Assembly (NCBI RefSeq): GCF_006345805.1
Contig: NC_043026.1
Coordinates: 11,635,579-11,699,578 of the forward strand
DNA: 64,000 nucleotides
Origin: Octopus sinensis
Taxonomy: Eukaryota
Reading direction: 5' to 3'
Below are positions 1-13,586 of the stretch, in pieces. A program made the translations under genes and the position numbers. The notes under the pieces are model-generated. The model did not search any database and was not told the origin of the DNA. It was given only the letters and a program-made list of their open reading frames with translations. Each line of letters opens with the position of its first letter. Position 1 is the first letter of the stretch.

Positions 1-311
1 ATATATATATGTATGTATATATATATATAATTGAGTATATATATATATATATATGTATGTATATATATATATTCTATATGTAAGGTATATATATATATAT
101 ATATATATGTTGTATATATATATATATATTATAGTATGTATATATATATATATCTATTATGTATGTATAAAATATATATATATGTGTATGTATCTATATA
201 TCTGTGTATTGTATATAATATATATCATATATATATATAATAGATGTATATATATGTATTTATATGTATATATATATATAGTATATATATATATGTCTAT
301 ATATAGATATG

Positions 312-342
<31 letters not shown>

Positions 343-360
343 TTATCTATATATATCTGT
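1..360. repeat. Degenerate (TA)n/(TATG)n microsatellite
   Basis: Near-continuous TA dinucleotide tract; similar tracts at 1140-1620, 3247-3450 and 4815-5025. Confidence 0.95.
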
Positions 361-628
361 AATTTAATAAGGGTGAGAGAATAAGATACTAATTAATAGA
401 TATCTATTCAACACCAAGTGGCCCTAGTGCTCGCGAAACTGGATTATTATAATATTTTTATAATATATTATATATTTTTACAAATAAATATAAGAGAGTG
501 GCACTATATGGCTCACTCTAGCACCGTTAATCAAAAGTTTCAACACAAAAAATTACTGTTTCCCATGAAGTCAGTACGATTGTTAGCTAACCCGGACAGG
601 GCAAATAAAAAATAACAAAAATACAGAT

Positions 629-710
629 TATTGGGACAATTGTTTCGCTATTAATGAATTAAATGTAATTTTACTTACAAAAAAATCCACTTTGAGCTCG
701 TCAGCCAACA
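629..710 (-). ncRNA. Minimal type I hammerhead ribozyme motif
   Basis: Minus strand reads UGUUGG-CUGACGA-GCU...AGC-GAAA-C-AAUU-G-UC-CCAAUA: intact core, 6-bp stem I, 3-bp stem II with long loop, 1-bp stem III with palindromic loop, GUC cleavage triplet. Confidence 0.7.
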
Positions 711-897
711 ACATCTGGATGAAATCCACTCAATCACACGCCAGTTTTACCATAACGATAAATACGCGTGTGGTTCAATTGATACATCCTGTTAGCTGGG
801 GAATTTGAATTATAACGTCGGATGTAATCAATGAACCACACGCGTATTATCGTTATGTAAAATCTGGCGTGTGATTGAGTGGATTTCATCCAGATAG

Positions 898-979
898 TTT
901 TGGCTGACGAGCTACAAGTGGATTTTTTTGTAAGTAAATTACATTTAATTCATTAATAGCGAAACAATTGTGCCCAAAA
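898..979 (+). ncRNA. Second hammerhead motif (mirror copy; cleavage triplet altered to GUG-C)
   Basis: ttttgg-ctgacga-gct...agc-gaaa-caattg-tgc-ccaaaa. Confidence 0.55.
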
Positions 980-1238
980 TAATCTGTATTTTTGTGATTT
1001 TTTTATTTGCCCTGTCCGTGTGAGATAACATCGTACTGACTTTCATGGGAAAAATGTATTTTGTGTGTTGAAACCTTTTGGTTAACTGGTGCTAGAGTGA
1101 GCCATATAGTGACCACTCTCTATATTTATTGTAGAATATAATGTATAGTATATATATGTATTATATATATAGTGTATATATATATATGTATATATATATA
1201 TATGTATATATATATATGTATATATATATATATTATAT

Positions 1239-1284
<46 letters not shown>

Positions 1285-1624
1285 GTATATATATATAGAT
1301 GTATATATGATATATATATATGTATATTATATATATGTATATATATATATATTATATGTATATATATATAATATGTCTATTATATATATATATGTATATA
1401 TATATACATATATGTATATATATATATAATTATATGATTATATATATATATACATATATTATATATCTTAATTATGGATATATATTATATATGTATATTA
1501 TATATATATATGTATATAGTATGTATACTATGTAATTATTATGGTATATATATCTTATATATGTAGAATATATATATAATATATATATATATATACATAT
1601 ATATCTATACATACCCTATATAGA

Positions 1625-3246
1625 CAGTTGTGGCCAAAATGTCTGAACGGCATTGTTTCGTCCGAAACAGTCGATATAATTTTTATCAAAGTTGTTTATA
1701 TTCTATAATTTTCACAGACATAAATACGATATAATTGTTATTGCCTGACTTTGTGTAATTTGAGAGGATAATACAAAAGTTATGATGATTAGTGATTTAC
1801 TGCAAAACCCATGGCGGCCAAAATGATCAGAACGGTTGCTTTTTACTCAGTGGTTTAGTATATGTAACTGGCAACTCTAATGTTTTTGAATTTGTTACGT
1901 GACGGTTCGTTTACTAAACATTAGTAAGAATATTTGCAGTGTATGTAATTTGTTAATATAATGCCACTTACTCCGTTACCAGTTCGTCAGCAGATTATTA
2001 AGCTTCGAAGGAGGATAATGTAAGTATTGGATCTATTGCAAAGATTGTTAACAAGTTAAAAAGTGTTGTACACGGTATTCTTAAGGTCTACGATGATTGT
2101 GGTTCGTGTGAAGCAGGAAAGTTTACAGGTAGGCCAAGAAAAACGACCAAGAGAGAAGATCATGTATGGTAAAGTTGGTTTTAAAAAGGACAGATTTAAA
2201 ACTGCTGCTGCTGTTTCTCGGAAAATGAGCATGATTGAAGAAAACTTTATCTCGAAAAAACTGTGCCTCGTCCGTTTAGTTGAACATGACCTACAAGCAA
2301 GAGCACCTGAGTGAAGCCACTGATCAGCTCCAGAATAAAAGTGTCGTCTTACCTTTGCAAACCGAACATGTGTTATGATCTCAAGAAAAATGGCAAAACG
2401 GTGCATTTCAGTGATGAATCTAAGTTTATGCTATTTGGCTCAGATGGGAAAAGGTACGTTCGTAGAAAGTAGGTGAAAATTGTTGCCTAAATGCCTTAAG
2501 ACTAGTGTTAAATTCGGTGGAGGAAGTGTCATGGCTTGGGGAATGATATCTGGAGATGGTGTGGTGGGGGCCTTTGTTGCGATTACATGGAAGGAAATGC
2601 AGGAGTTTATAAACAACTTGTAAAAGATCATGTCTTGCCTGTGCTGAGAAATTCAACTAAGCGACTACCCATATTCATGCAGGACAATGCCCCATGTCAC
2701 AAGGCTAATGTGGTCATGAACTTCCTCAAGGCTGAAAAGGTTATTGTTATGGATTGGCCAGCTCAAAGCCCAGATCTCAATCCTATTGAAAATGTGGAAT
2801 ATTCTAGGAGAACGTTCGAAAGCCAAAAATCCTAAAACAACTGGGCAATTATGGAATGCCCTTCAGGAAGAATGGAATAAGATCACCCAGCAAGAAATTG
2901 AAAATTTAATTTCCTCATGCAGTCGAAGATGTCAGAGTGTGATTGAAGCTAAAGGGCTTCACACTAAATATTAAATAATTCCAGTATTCTCTGTCATTTT
3001 TTATTATTTTGTTATTTTTTCAAGCGTTCTGATCATTTTGGCCGCCATGGGTTTTGCAGTAAATCACTAAATCATCCATAAATTTTGTATTATCCTCTCA
3101 AATGACACCAAAATCCTAGATTATAACAATTGATATTGTATTTATTGTCTGTGAAAATTATAGAATATAAAACAACTTTGATAAAAACTTATACCTACTT
3201 TTCTGACGAAAACAATGCCGTTCTGAACATTTTGGCCGCGCAACTG
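1625..3246 (+). mobile_element. Full-length Tc1/mariner DNA transposon (DD34E, IR/DR-type long TIRs) inserted in a (TA)n tract
   Basis: Termini cagttg...caactg; TIRs ~1625-1835 / ~3023-3246, each with inner and outer ggccaaaatg..gaacg direct repeats; right end followed by TA. Confidence 0.92.
1961..2974 (+). pseudogene. Tc1 transposase, frameshifted
   Basis: Fragments across frames: FSDESKF, FMQDNAPCH...WPAQSPDLNPIEN (34 residues between D and E), C-terminal RRCQSVIEAKGLHTKY*. Confidence 0.9.
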
Positions 3247-3256
3247 TATATGTATG

Positions 3257-3297
<41 letters not shown>

Positions 3298-3359
3298 ATA
3301 TGTATATGTATATATATATGTATATGTATATAAATATATGTATATATATGGTATATATG

Positions 3360-3403
<44 letters not shown>

Positions 3404-3459
3404 ATGTATATACATGTGTAATATATATTATATATGTATGTATGTATGTATGATGATGT

Positions 3460-3625
3460 ACAACGGGCTTTTCTTCAGCTTCTGTCTACCAAATCCACTC
3501 ACAAGTTCTTGGTAGGCCCGAGGCCATAGTGGAAGACAGGTGCTGAAGGTGGCATGCAGTGGAACTGAACCCAGAACCATGTGGTTGGGAAGCAAGCTTC
3601 TTACCACACAGCCAAGTCTGCACCT
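3460..3625 (-). mobile_element. tRNA-derived SINE head (family 1)
   Basis: Minus strand tggctgtgtggtaag (A-box) ... ggttcagttcc (B-box-like); related copies at ~14695-14843, 22455-22603, 29827-29975, 35705-35853, 42237-42320, 54847-54998. Confidence 0.7.
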
Positions 3626-4029
3626 ATATAGGCACATTCGGATTATACGGTAGGAAGCAATATTTTCTAGTTTGCATATTTATTGCTAACGCCTTAATTG
3701 TACAGCAGTATCATCACTATTAAATCTCAGAGCGAGATGTAAACAGTAACCGCTCGACAATGTAATGTATAAAAGCCATCTCAATTTGGCTAACCACAAA
3801 GTGGGGGAGTTACTGTAGCTTTTTAGCCCCACGAGCAGTTACTGTTTACATCTCGCTCTGAGATTTCATAATGCTTACAGTCAGTTTTTCGAAATCAGTG
3901 GCAGACGTCACTAGAAAAACTCTTATATATTTGCAAAGCAGGCCTTGTCGTTCATTGTGACCTGGTGGTTACCGCCTGTTGATAAGAGACAATAATCTCG
4001 AAACCGGTCCGGTGCGTATCACTCAGGCT

Positions 4030-4670
4030 TGCGAGGAAGGGATGGCCTCCCTTGCAAAGCACGCGGAATTCTGTTCTTGATTCGACGGTCATTCGGAATG
4101 CTCACAGCAGCCATATTCCTACCACTCTATGTCACGCTGGTGAGACCCATATTGGAATACGGGATTCAAGCCTCTTCTCCTTATCTCCTCAAAGACATAC
4201 AGCATCTCGAAAGAGTCCATAAGCTGGCTACCCCGCATGGTTCATGGTCTCAAAACTTGTCCTATGAAGAAAGGCTGAGGACGCTCGACTTTATTCTCTT
4301 GAAAAACGCCGCCGCGTGGAGATCTCATTCTCGCCCGCAACATCATAAGCGGAAAAGTGAACCTCTCGAAAGAGCTGTTCTTCACTCCTGCTCCAGAGCG
4401 TCGGCTGCGGGGGTCATTCCGAAAAGCTCTACCTGCGACGATTTCATCTCAATCGAAGGAGAGGAGCTTTCTCCGTCCGGGTTGCGGATCCCGTGGAACA
4501 GCTGCCAGACGAGATGGTGAAGATGCCGACGACCGCTTTGTTCAAGTCTCCCTTGACCTCAAGTGGCCTGAACTCTTTACATGAACACCACCCTGTACTT
4601 AACTCCATGTCCCCCTACTTGGCCTTGCTATTTGCTTTTGAGCCAAATTAACTAACTAACTAACTAACTA
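4030..4670 (+). mobile_element. CR1/L2-group LINE 3' fragment with (CTAA)n tail
   Basis: LYVTLVRPILEYG...DIQHLERV...LSYEERLRTL and ...FSVRVADPWN-type RT C-terminal motifs; ends aattaactaactaactaactaa. Confidence 0.85.
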
Positions 4671-4815
4671 ATACTTCAAGGGCACTGAAAAGGTGTCTAA
4701 AGCCAGCTGGAGACGATGATCTCCTGGGGCTAAAAAGCTACAGTAACACCCCCACTTTGTGGTTAGCCATATTGAGGTGTCTTGTATACTTTACAGTATC
4801 GTCACTGATCTCTGT

Positions 4816-4847
<32 letters not shown>

Positions 4848-4880
4848 TATATATGTGTTAATATATATATGTATATATGA

Positions 4881-4949
<69 letters not shown>

Positions 4950-4971
4950 TATATATATATAGATTATATAT

Positions 4972-5007
<36 letters not shown>

Positions 5008-5029
5008 CATATATATATATAATATATGT

Positions 5030-5367
5030 GAAGGCGCATGGCTCAGGGGTTTAGAGCGTCGAGTTACGATCGTGAGGTTGTGAGTTCGAATCCTGGACCG
5101 GGCTGCGTGTTGTGTTCTTGAGCAAGACACTTTATTCCACGTTGCTCCAGTTCACTCAGCTGTAGAAATGAGTTGCGACGTCACGGGTGCCAAGCTGTAT
5201 TGGCCCCTTTGCCTTTCCCTTGGATAACACTGGTGGCGTGGAGAGGGGAGGCCGGTATGCATGGGCGACTGCTGGTCTTCCATAAAACCACCTTGCCCAG
5301 ACTTGTGACTAGGAGAGTAACTTTCTAGGTGCAATCCCATGGTCAGTGTCGTGACCGAAGGGGGTCC
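5030..5367 (+). mobile_element. tRNA-derived SINE (family 2)
   Basis: A-box tggctcaggggtttaga, B-box gagttcgaatcc, body cttgagcaagacactt...cactcagctgtagaaatgagt; near-identical inverse copy at 50819-51137. Confidence 0.85.
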
Positions 5368-5454
5368 CAGATCCCCAGTATATATATATGTATGTATATA
5401 TATATATATGTGTGTGTGTGTGTATTCGTGTGTTTGCATCTGTTTGTCCCCACC

Positions 5455-5632
5455 ACCACCACCTGACAACTGACAGTGTGCTTATGTCTCCATAACTTAG
5501 CGGTTCAGCAAATCAGGGCAATAAGATAATTACTAGGCTTACAAAGAATAAGTCCTGGGGGGCGATTTGTTCGACCAAAATCCCCTAAGTTGGTGCTCCA
5601 GCATGGCCACAGTCAAATGACTGAAACAAGAA
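5455..5632 (+). mobile_element. SINE 3' tail segment following a microsatellite
   Basis: Ends gctccagcatggccacagtcaaatgactgaaacaag; recurs at ~43935-44111, ~44945-45124 and inverted at ~54736-54800. Confidence 0.6.
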
Positions 5633-6141
5633 GAATAGGTGAACAATAACCAGTGTGTTTATAGACTTTACCAATTGATTCTTCCCAAATATAACAATAT
5701 TGATTTCAACACACTCAAAACAAATTCAAAATCTGGAGGAAATTGCTTTTATTAAAACTATTACAGAGGTAAGTTATCTCAACAGTATTTAGTTGAGTTA
5801 ATATAAAACATAGAGTGTGGGAAGGCTCTTATCACACACTGTTATATTTCTTTTCCAATGTACATACATTTAATTATAGAAGACGGTGTTTGGTTTTAAA
5901 TTTTCATAGGAAGAAAGAAATTTGACACTAAACCATATTCCTTCATGTGGTAAGCAGTAACTAAAAAAAGGTTGGCAACTTAAAAGTTCAAACAGCTGTA
6001 AAAGACAACCTCAGAAAGAGAGCCAATGATGGGTGGCTTGGTTGTTGTCATGGGTAAAGTTCACAAAGCTAAGCCCACCTCACTTCAGGTGGGTACTTAA
6101 AATGTTTGTGGTTGTTAAGAAGTTCCACACTGATAGTTACA

Positions 6142-6500
6142 TCATCATCATTGTTCGACCATGGTCGAGACAATGGAATTTACTATGTTACGCCAGACTT
6201 CACGGTCCATCATAGCATTACGGAGGTCCTGTTGCTGGATGCCTGTATCCCTGGAGATTACATCAGGGTAGGAGAGTGTGCGACCTCTGGTATTGCGAGT
6301 AGATGCTTCCAGAGGAGAGAGTAGAAATTACTTCTTTTTCAGCTCTACACATGTCCAGCAAACTGGACTCTCCTACCCTTCACAAGAGATGATACAGGTG
6401 GTAGTTTCCCATATATTTGCATTTTGGTTGGATGGCGCTTCCACGAGAGATTTTGAGCTCTCATAAGGAGGCGAGTGTAGGTTCCATCCAACCGCCTCTC
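6142..6500 (-). mobile_element. RTE-type LINE 3' fragment with (GAT)n tail
   Basis: Minus strand encodes RRVQFAGH...SYPDVISRDTG...NAMMDREVWRNIV; absent from the paralogous site near 46350. Confidence 0.75.
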
Positions 6501-6564
6501 ACTTTCATCTGGATACATTTACAATCGCTTAAGTCATGATGTTGAGAGAATGACTTACCACAAA

Positions 6565-6890
6565 TTGGCTTCTGTACCCGTGGCATGTAAAAGGGCCCCA
6601 TTCGAGTGTGATCGTTACCAATGTCGCTTCACTGGCACACCTGTGTAAAGAGATCTGAGCGAGGTCATTGTCAGTAACTCCTGACTGGCGCCCGTGCCGC
6701 TGGCACATAAAGGCACACACTACACTCTCGGAGTGGTTGGCATTAGGAAGGGGACCCAGCTGTAGAAACCGTGCTAGATCAGATTGGAGGTTGGTGCAGC
6801 CATCTGGTTCGCCAGCCCTCAGTCAAAATCGTCCAACCCAATTAGCATGGAAAGCGGACATTAAACAATGATGATGATGATGATGATGAG
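6565..6890 (+). mobile_element. SINE-like element with (GAT)n tail
   Basis: Ends ccaacccaattagcatggaaagcggacattaaacaatgatgatg; related inverse copy ~43640-43910; absent from paralogous site ~46420. Confidence 0.65.
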
Positions 6891-6904
6891 TGATGTGGTT
6901 TCTA

Positions 6905-7057
<153 letters not shown>

Positions 7058-9004
7058 CTATGGTTTCTCTCCTGTATGAATACGTTTATGTATTGTTAAG
7101 TTACTACTAAAAGAGAATGATTTACCACAGATATTGCACTGATATGGCTTCTCTCCTGTGTGAATACGCCTGTGTGTCATCAAATTATTACTTTGAGAGA
7201 ATGATTTACCACAAATATCACACTGGTATGGCTTCTTTTCTGTGTGAATATACTTGTGTATTATTAACTTACTACTGTCAGAGAATGACTTCTTACAAAC
7301 ATCACACTTAAATGGCTTCTCTCCTGTATGAGTACGCCAATGAGTAGTCAACCTGTCATTCCGAGAGAAAGATTTATTGCAGATATCACATTGGTATGGC
7401 TTCTCTCCTGTATGAATACGTTTGTGATAATTCAAAACACTGCTTTGAGAGAACGATTTACCACAGATATTACAGCGATATGGCTTCTCTCCTGTATGAA
7501 TACGTTTGTGCTTAGTTAAGTTAATATTTTGAGGAAATGATATACCACAAATATCACAAATGTATGGCCTCTCTCCTGTATGAATACGCTTATGTACTTT
7601 TAAGGCACCATTTTGACAGAATGATTTACCACAGATATCGCAGTTATATGGCCTCTCTCCTGAATGAATACGCTTATGTGCTTTTAAGGCATTACTTTTA
7701 TGGAATGATTTACCACAGACATCACAGTGAAAAGGTTTCTCTCCTGTATGAATACGTTTGTGTGCTCGTAAGTTAGAACCTACAGTGAATGTTTTACCAC
7801 AGATGTTGCACTGATATGGCTTTTCTCCAGTATGTAAAGACTTGTGTGCAGTGAAGTATTCAAGTCGAGAGAATGATTTACTACAGATATCACACTGATA
7901 TGGCTTCTCTCCTGTATGAATACGTTTGTGAAAAGTTAATCTAGTATTTCGGGTGAAAGATTTACCACAAATTCCACACTGATATGGTTTCTCTCCTGTA
8001 TGAATACGTTTGTGTTCAGTTAGAGCAGAAGTATGAGTGAATGATTTACCACAGATATCACAGCGATATGGCTTCTCTCCAGTATGAACACGTTGGTGAG
8101 ATGCTAGACTACCATGTACTGAGAATGATTTACCACAGATAACACATTGATATGGCTTCTCTCCTGTATGAATACGCTTGTGAATATATAAAGCACTCCC
8201 TCCAAAGAATGATTTACCACAAACATCACAGTGATATGGCTTTTCTCCTGTATGAGTACGTTTGTGTCTAGTCAGGTGTCCATTCTGAGGGAATGATTTG
8301 CCACAGATATCACAGTGATATGGTTTCTCTCCTGTGTGAATACGTTTGTGTTTAGTTAGGTATCCATTCTGAGAGAATGATTTGCCACAGATATCACAGT
8401 GATATTGTTTCTCTCCTGTGTGAGTACGTTTGTGTCTAGTCAGGTGTCCATTCTGAGAGAATGATTTACCACAGATATCACAGTGATATTGTTTCTCTCC
8501 TGTGTGAATACGTTTGTGTTTAGTTAGGTATCCATTCTGAGAGAATGATTTGCCACAGATATCACAGTGATATTGTTTCTCTCCTGTGTGAATACGTTTG
8601 TGTTTAGTTAACTGCTCACTTTCAAAGAATGATTTACCACAGATATCACAGTGATATTGTTTCTCTCTTGTGTGAGTACGTTTGTGTCTAGTCAGGTGTC
8701 CATTCTGAGAGAATGATTTACCACAGATATCACAGGGATATGGTTTCTCTCCTGTGTGAATACGTTTGTGTTTAGTTAGGTATCCATTCTGAGAGAATGA
8801 TTTGCCACAGATATCACATCCATATGGCTTCTCTCCTGTATGTACACGCTGGTGGTCTGTTAAGTGATCATTTCGATAGAATGATTTCCCACAGATATCA
8901 CATCCATATTGTTTCTTCCCTGTATGAATACGCTTGTGTTTAAACTGGTTACCTTTCTGGGAGAATGACTTTTCACACGATGGTTTTCCTTTATCTTTAG
9001 GCAT
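7058..9004 (-). CDS. Poly-C2H2 zinc-finger protein, family A copy 1 (~22 fingers, no KRAB/BTB visible); two more fingers out of frame to ~6902
   Basis: 648-aa ORF of CxxC-x12-HxxxH repeats with TGEKP linkers; putative splice acceptor of the coding exon near 9414. Confidence 0.93.
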   Translation of the reverse strand: MPKDKGKPSCEKSFSQKGNQFKHKRIHTGKKQYGCDICGKSFYRNDHLTDHQRVHTGEKPYGCDICGKSFSQNGYLTKHKRIHTGEKPYPCDICGKSFSQNGHLTRHKRTHTREKQYHCDICGKSFFESEQLTKHKRIHTGEKQYHCDICGKSFSQNGYLTKHKRIHTGEKQYHCDICGKSFSQNGHLTRHKRTHTGEKQYHCDICGKSFSQNGYLTKHKRIHTGEKPYHCDICGKSFPQNGHLTRHKRTHTGEKPYHCDVCGKSFFGGSALYIHKRIHTGEKPYQCVICGKSFSVHGSLASHQRVHTGEKPYRCDICGKSFTHTSALTEHKRIHTGEKPYQCGICGKSFTRNTRLTFHKRIHTGEKPYQCDICSKSFSRLEYFTAHKSLHTGEKPYQCNICGKTFTVGSNLRAHKRIHTGEKPFHCDVCGKSFHKSNALKAHKRIHSGERPYNCDICGKSFCQNGALKVHKRIHTGERPYICDICGISFPQNINLTKHKRIHTGEKPYRCNICGKSFSQSSVLNYHKRIHTGEKPYQCDICNKSFSRNDRLTTHWRTHTGEKPFKCDVCKKSFSDSSKLIIHKYIHTEKKPYQCDICGKSFSQSNNLMTHRRIHTGEKPYQCNICGKSFSFSSNLTIHKRIHTGEKP

Positions 9005-10004
9005 GTCTTCAAGAAAAAATCAATTTAAGTTTGTGATGTTTTGCAATACTTTTCCTTCTCAAATCAAAATATTTCTATATTTCTATATATTCTTGTTGAT
9101 TCTATTTCTATTGTTTATTCTTTACAACTTTTTCTGCTGCTGCATTTCTGTTTCAATGTTACCTTTATCTACAATCTCTATGAAATTTATCCAAGTTTAA
9201 TTAGAGCACACAAACTCACTTTGTATACACTCCAGATACGGCAGAAGTTTGTTGATAATCTCAGTTCAGAGCAAAATGTCTTTGGAATTTTACAATGAAT
9301 TCATAGAAACAGTGGTAGCTGTCTCTTCCCATATAACATTTACATTCAGTCTTTAAAAAAGATAGAATGGTTTTGAAGGTTCCTCTTCTGTTATGCCAAT
9401 GTCATCTGTTATTCTGAAAATAAGAAGAACACAGATTAATTAAAATACAGAGGCAATTGAAAATCAGAGATTTAATAGTGGAAAAGTTATTCCATTCTAT
9501 TTCTATAGAGATTAATTGCAGGAGAACAAATATTACTTAACGACTGAACATTTTAATTTACTAAAAATCTACATAACAGAAGCATACACATTTGTAAACT
9601 AGAGATACACCTTCACATTGTGTTAACATTATAATATATATATATATTTTTTTTTTTTTTTTGCTCGGGTCGAAACCAAATTAAAATAGGGTGACTGAAG
9701 TGTAATACAAAATATTTCTCAAACTAAATCAAAAACAAAAAAAACGCACGGCAACGATTGACGGTCACCAAAATAGGTTTCGTAGCCAGAAACAGCAGCC
9801 AAATCACGCTCAAATCAGCCAAGTTTCATGATAAAGGGTACGACAGACACAAAGAATCGATTTCGTCAAAACAAATGGGATTCCTTCGATATATAACTCG
9901 ACAAAATCAAAGCACTTCACTTCGGATATTTCCGTGGAAGCAAATGACAGTCCGATCTGTTTCTGCTTGGAAATTTGCGGAATTACATCCACCCATGAAA
10001 CAGA

Positions 10005-10528
10005 TAAGAACCAAATATGCGTGGCTTTTTTTTTCTTCAAGTTTAAAACGAGACATTGCTGGCATAATTTCGTTATATCTAAACTCCACAACCCACGGAA
10101 ACACCCGAAGTGAAAGGTTTGGTTTTGTCGAGTATATCGAAAGAATGCCAACAATGACTAAAGATGAAATATTTTCATTGTTGAATACTTACGGAAATGT
10201 TTTATAAAGGACAGTGTTGTTATAACTGCGTGTGTGTGTGTATGGTAGTTGTGAATAGAATTGCTGAAAAATGTATTATAAAAGCGTGTGCAGTGGACGA
10301 GAAATGCTTAATTACTGTGCATGGTGCTTGATTAAAAGGAATTCATTAAGGAGGCAAAAATTGGGAAGTGAAGAAATAAACGGAAGCAATCTTAGTGCGC
10401 ATGCGTATGTTGTATGGCAGTGCGATAGAAGCTGACCCCTATTTGAGCCCCTTTTCCTCTCAGTGCTATTGAAACGACGTCAGATATATTTTGCTATCTT
10501 AACGCTGCGAGCTGGCAGAATCGTTAGC
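10005..10528 (+). repeat. Left copy of ~520-bp direct repeat flanking the ZNF-B array
   Basis: Near-identical to 42325-42845. Confidence 0.9.
10395..10405. promoter_or_regulatory. NRF1/EWG-like TGCGCATGCG motif in putative ZNF promoter
   Basis: tgcgcatgcg retained at paralogous positions ~42713 and ~49796. Confidence 0.45.
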
Positions 10529-12054
10529 TGCATGAGGTTTTTATCATTTACCTTGGGTGAGATGCAATTAAAGGTGTGATTAATATAATTTTAACGTCTC
10601 TATTTGTTATATTGGGGACTTTTAATATATGAACGGTGTCGTTCAAACGCGGTGAATAAAGGAATAATTATCAACAGCTTCTACACGTGCTTCTAATTAA
10701 GACGAATCTAATCTAATTATATCAGATGTAGTAATACCTCGTGTTCAGGTGAACGTTGATCTCTATGAATAACACGAAGCGACTTACATGATTTGTGATT
10801 TAACATTTCTCTTGATCACAGCTTTAGTTGGTTGATCCCTATTTTACAGGAAAGGGGGGAAAAAGCTTTCAATCGAGGAACTTTGCTCGCCCTTCTTCAT
10901 ATTTCATTTGGACCTTAGATCGAAAGCACGAATTGTTTGTATGCCTGTTGTAGCAAATATTGTGCGCATTTCTACTATCCATGGTGGGTAAAACAAACTG
11001 GATTTCAAGAAAGGATCCTGGTGAACAACAAGTATTCTAATGGTAAGTCTGAAAATATATCTACATAGCATTTGTTGCACACTTGTTAACGGAGGTGTGT
11101 GATATCTAAGACAAGAAACTGAACCATAGGAGGGTAGTCTATATCTACAGACATTTGTCAGCTTTTTAGACAAGACCTCCCTCACAACGGGTTTCCTTTT
11201 GGTAAACGATATTTCCCCTTTCGACACCCGATTTGTGTAATTTTCTTTTGAGTCCTTTAATCGTTTAATAATGTATATTTTGTCAGTAAATTTAGGGCAT
11301 AACTACAGAAATGCGGGATCCTTTCTGTTTGGGGAGTTACCAAAATTGAAATTGCAAAAATGTTTATATCATTGTTCTGTGACCCTAACCACATCTTTTC
11401 AGGGAGTTCTCAAAAATGAAGCCCCCCAACATCAAAATATTATTTCCTGCCTAACCTGAACTCATCACATATAAATTTATATAGGTAGATAGATATAGAT
11501 ATGTATATATGTGCGTGCGTGAGAGTAATGTTACACAATGTTAAAGAGTAGTTGTAGTTTACAAATTTTTACATTTCACCCAATGTATATGATGTCATTT
11601 GTTAATAATAAAGAAATGTTGTAACATTTCTCTTTTGATCTTTCCTCTTTTCTAATTCTGTTTCTTTATTATTTCAGATTACGGATGACATTGGCATCAA
11701 AGAAATTTTCTTTTATAATGAATACATCTTCAACATTTTTCATCTTTTAAAGTCTTGAGGAAAAGTTTACACAGAACGCATCGAAGCCTATTTCTATAAA
11801 TCTTTGTTAGAAATTCTATGAAATGTTTGCTCTGAACTGAGATTAATAGCAACATTTTCTATTTCATTAGCTGATGCTTTGCATTCTCGTTACTCTTTGA
11901 TGACTTTCTAAATTTGTAGCATCTTTAGATATCTGAAGTTTGCATTGAAAATATTTGTAAGGAATAAACTATAAAAAGAAGGATAAAGATAGGGGTAAAA
12001 CTTTAATGTGGTGAGAAAGGCCAAGGATTGTTTCTATTTTGATTCCTCATAGAA

Positions 12055-13586
<1,532 letters not shown>

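Larger units (their letters stand above)
471..1140. repeat. ~670-bp imperfect palindrome (arms ~471-789 and ~820-1140), probable inverted Penelope-like pseudo-LTR pair
   Basis: gagagtggcactatatggctcactctagcac (494) is the reverse complement of gtgctagagtgagccatatagtgaccactctc (1089); pairing continues inward to gatacatcc/ggatgtaatc; ~30-nt spacer. Confidence 0.85.

Noticed and set aside
31-1535. Tyr/Ile-rich ORFs
   Set aside because: Translations of (TA)n microsatellites
4684-4725. Possible third hammerhead (ctgaaaagg...gagac)
   Set aside because: Core does not match CUGANGA/GAAA and stems cannot be formed
5030-5105. Possible tRNA gene
   Set aside because: A/B boxes run into a SINE body present in several copies, one with a TSD
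7117-7776. Antisense ORFs with MIYHRYH repeats (also opposite the other ZNF genes)
   Set aside because: Shadow frames of C2H2 codon repeats
9758-10207. 149-aa ORF upstream of ZNF-A1
   Set aside because: No recognisable domain; frame not kept in paralogous copies at 42336 and ~49430
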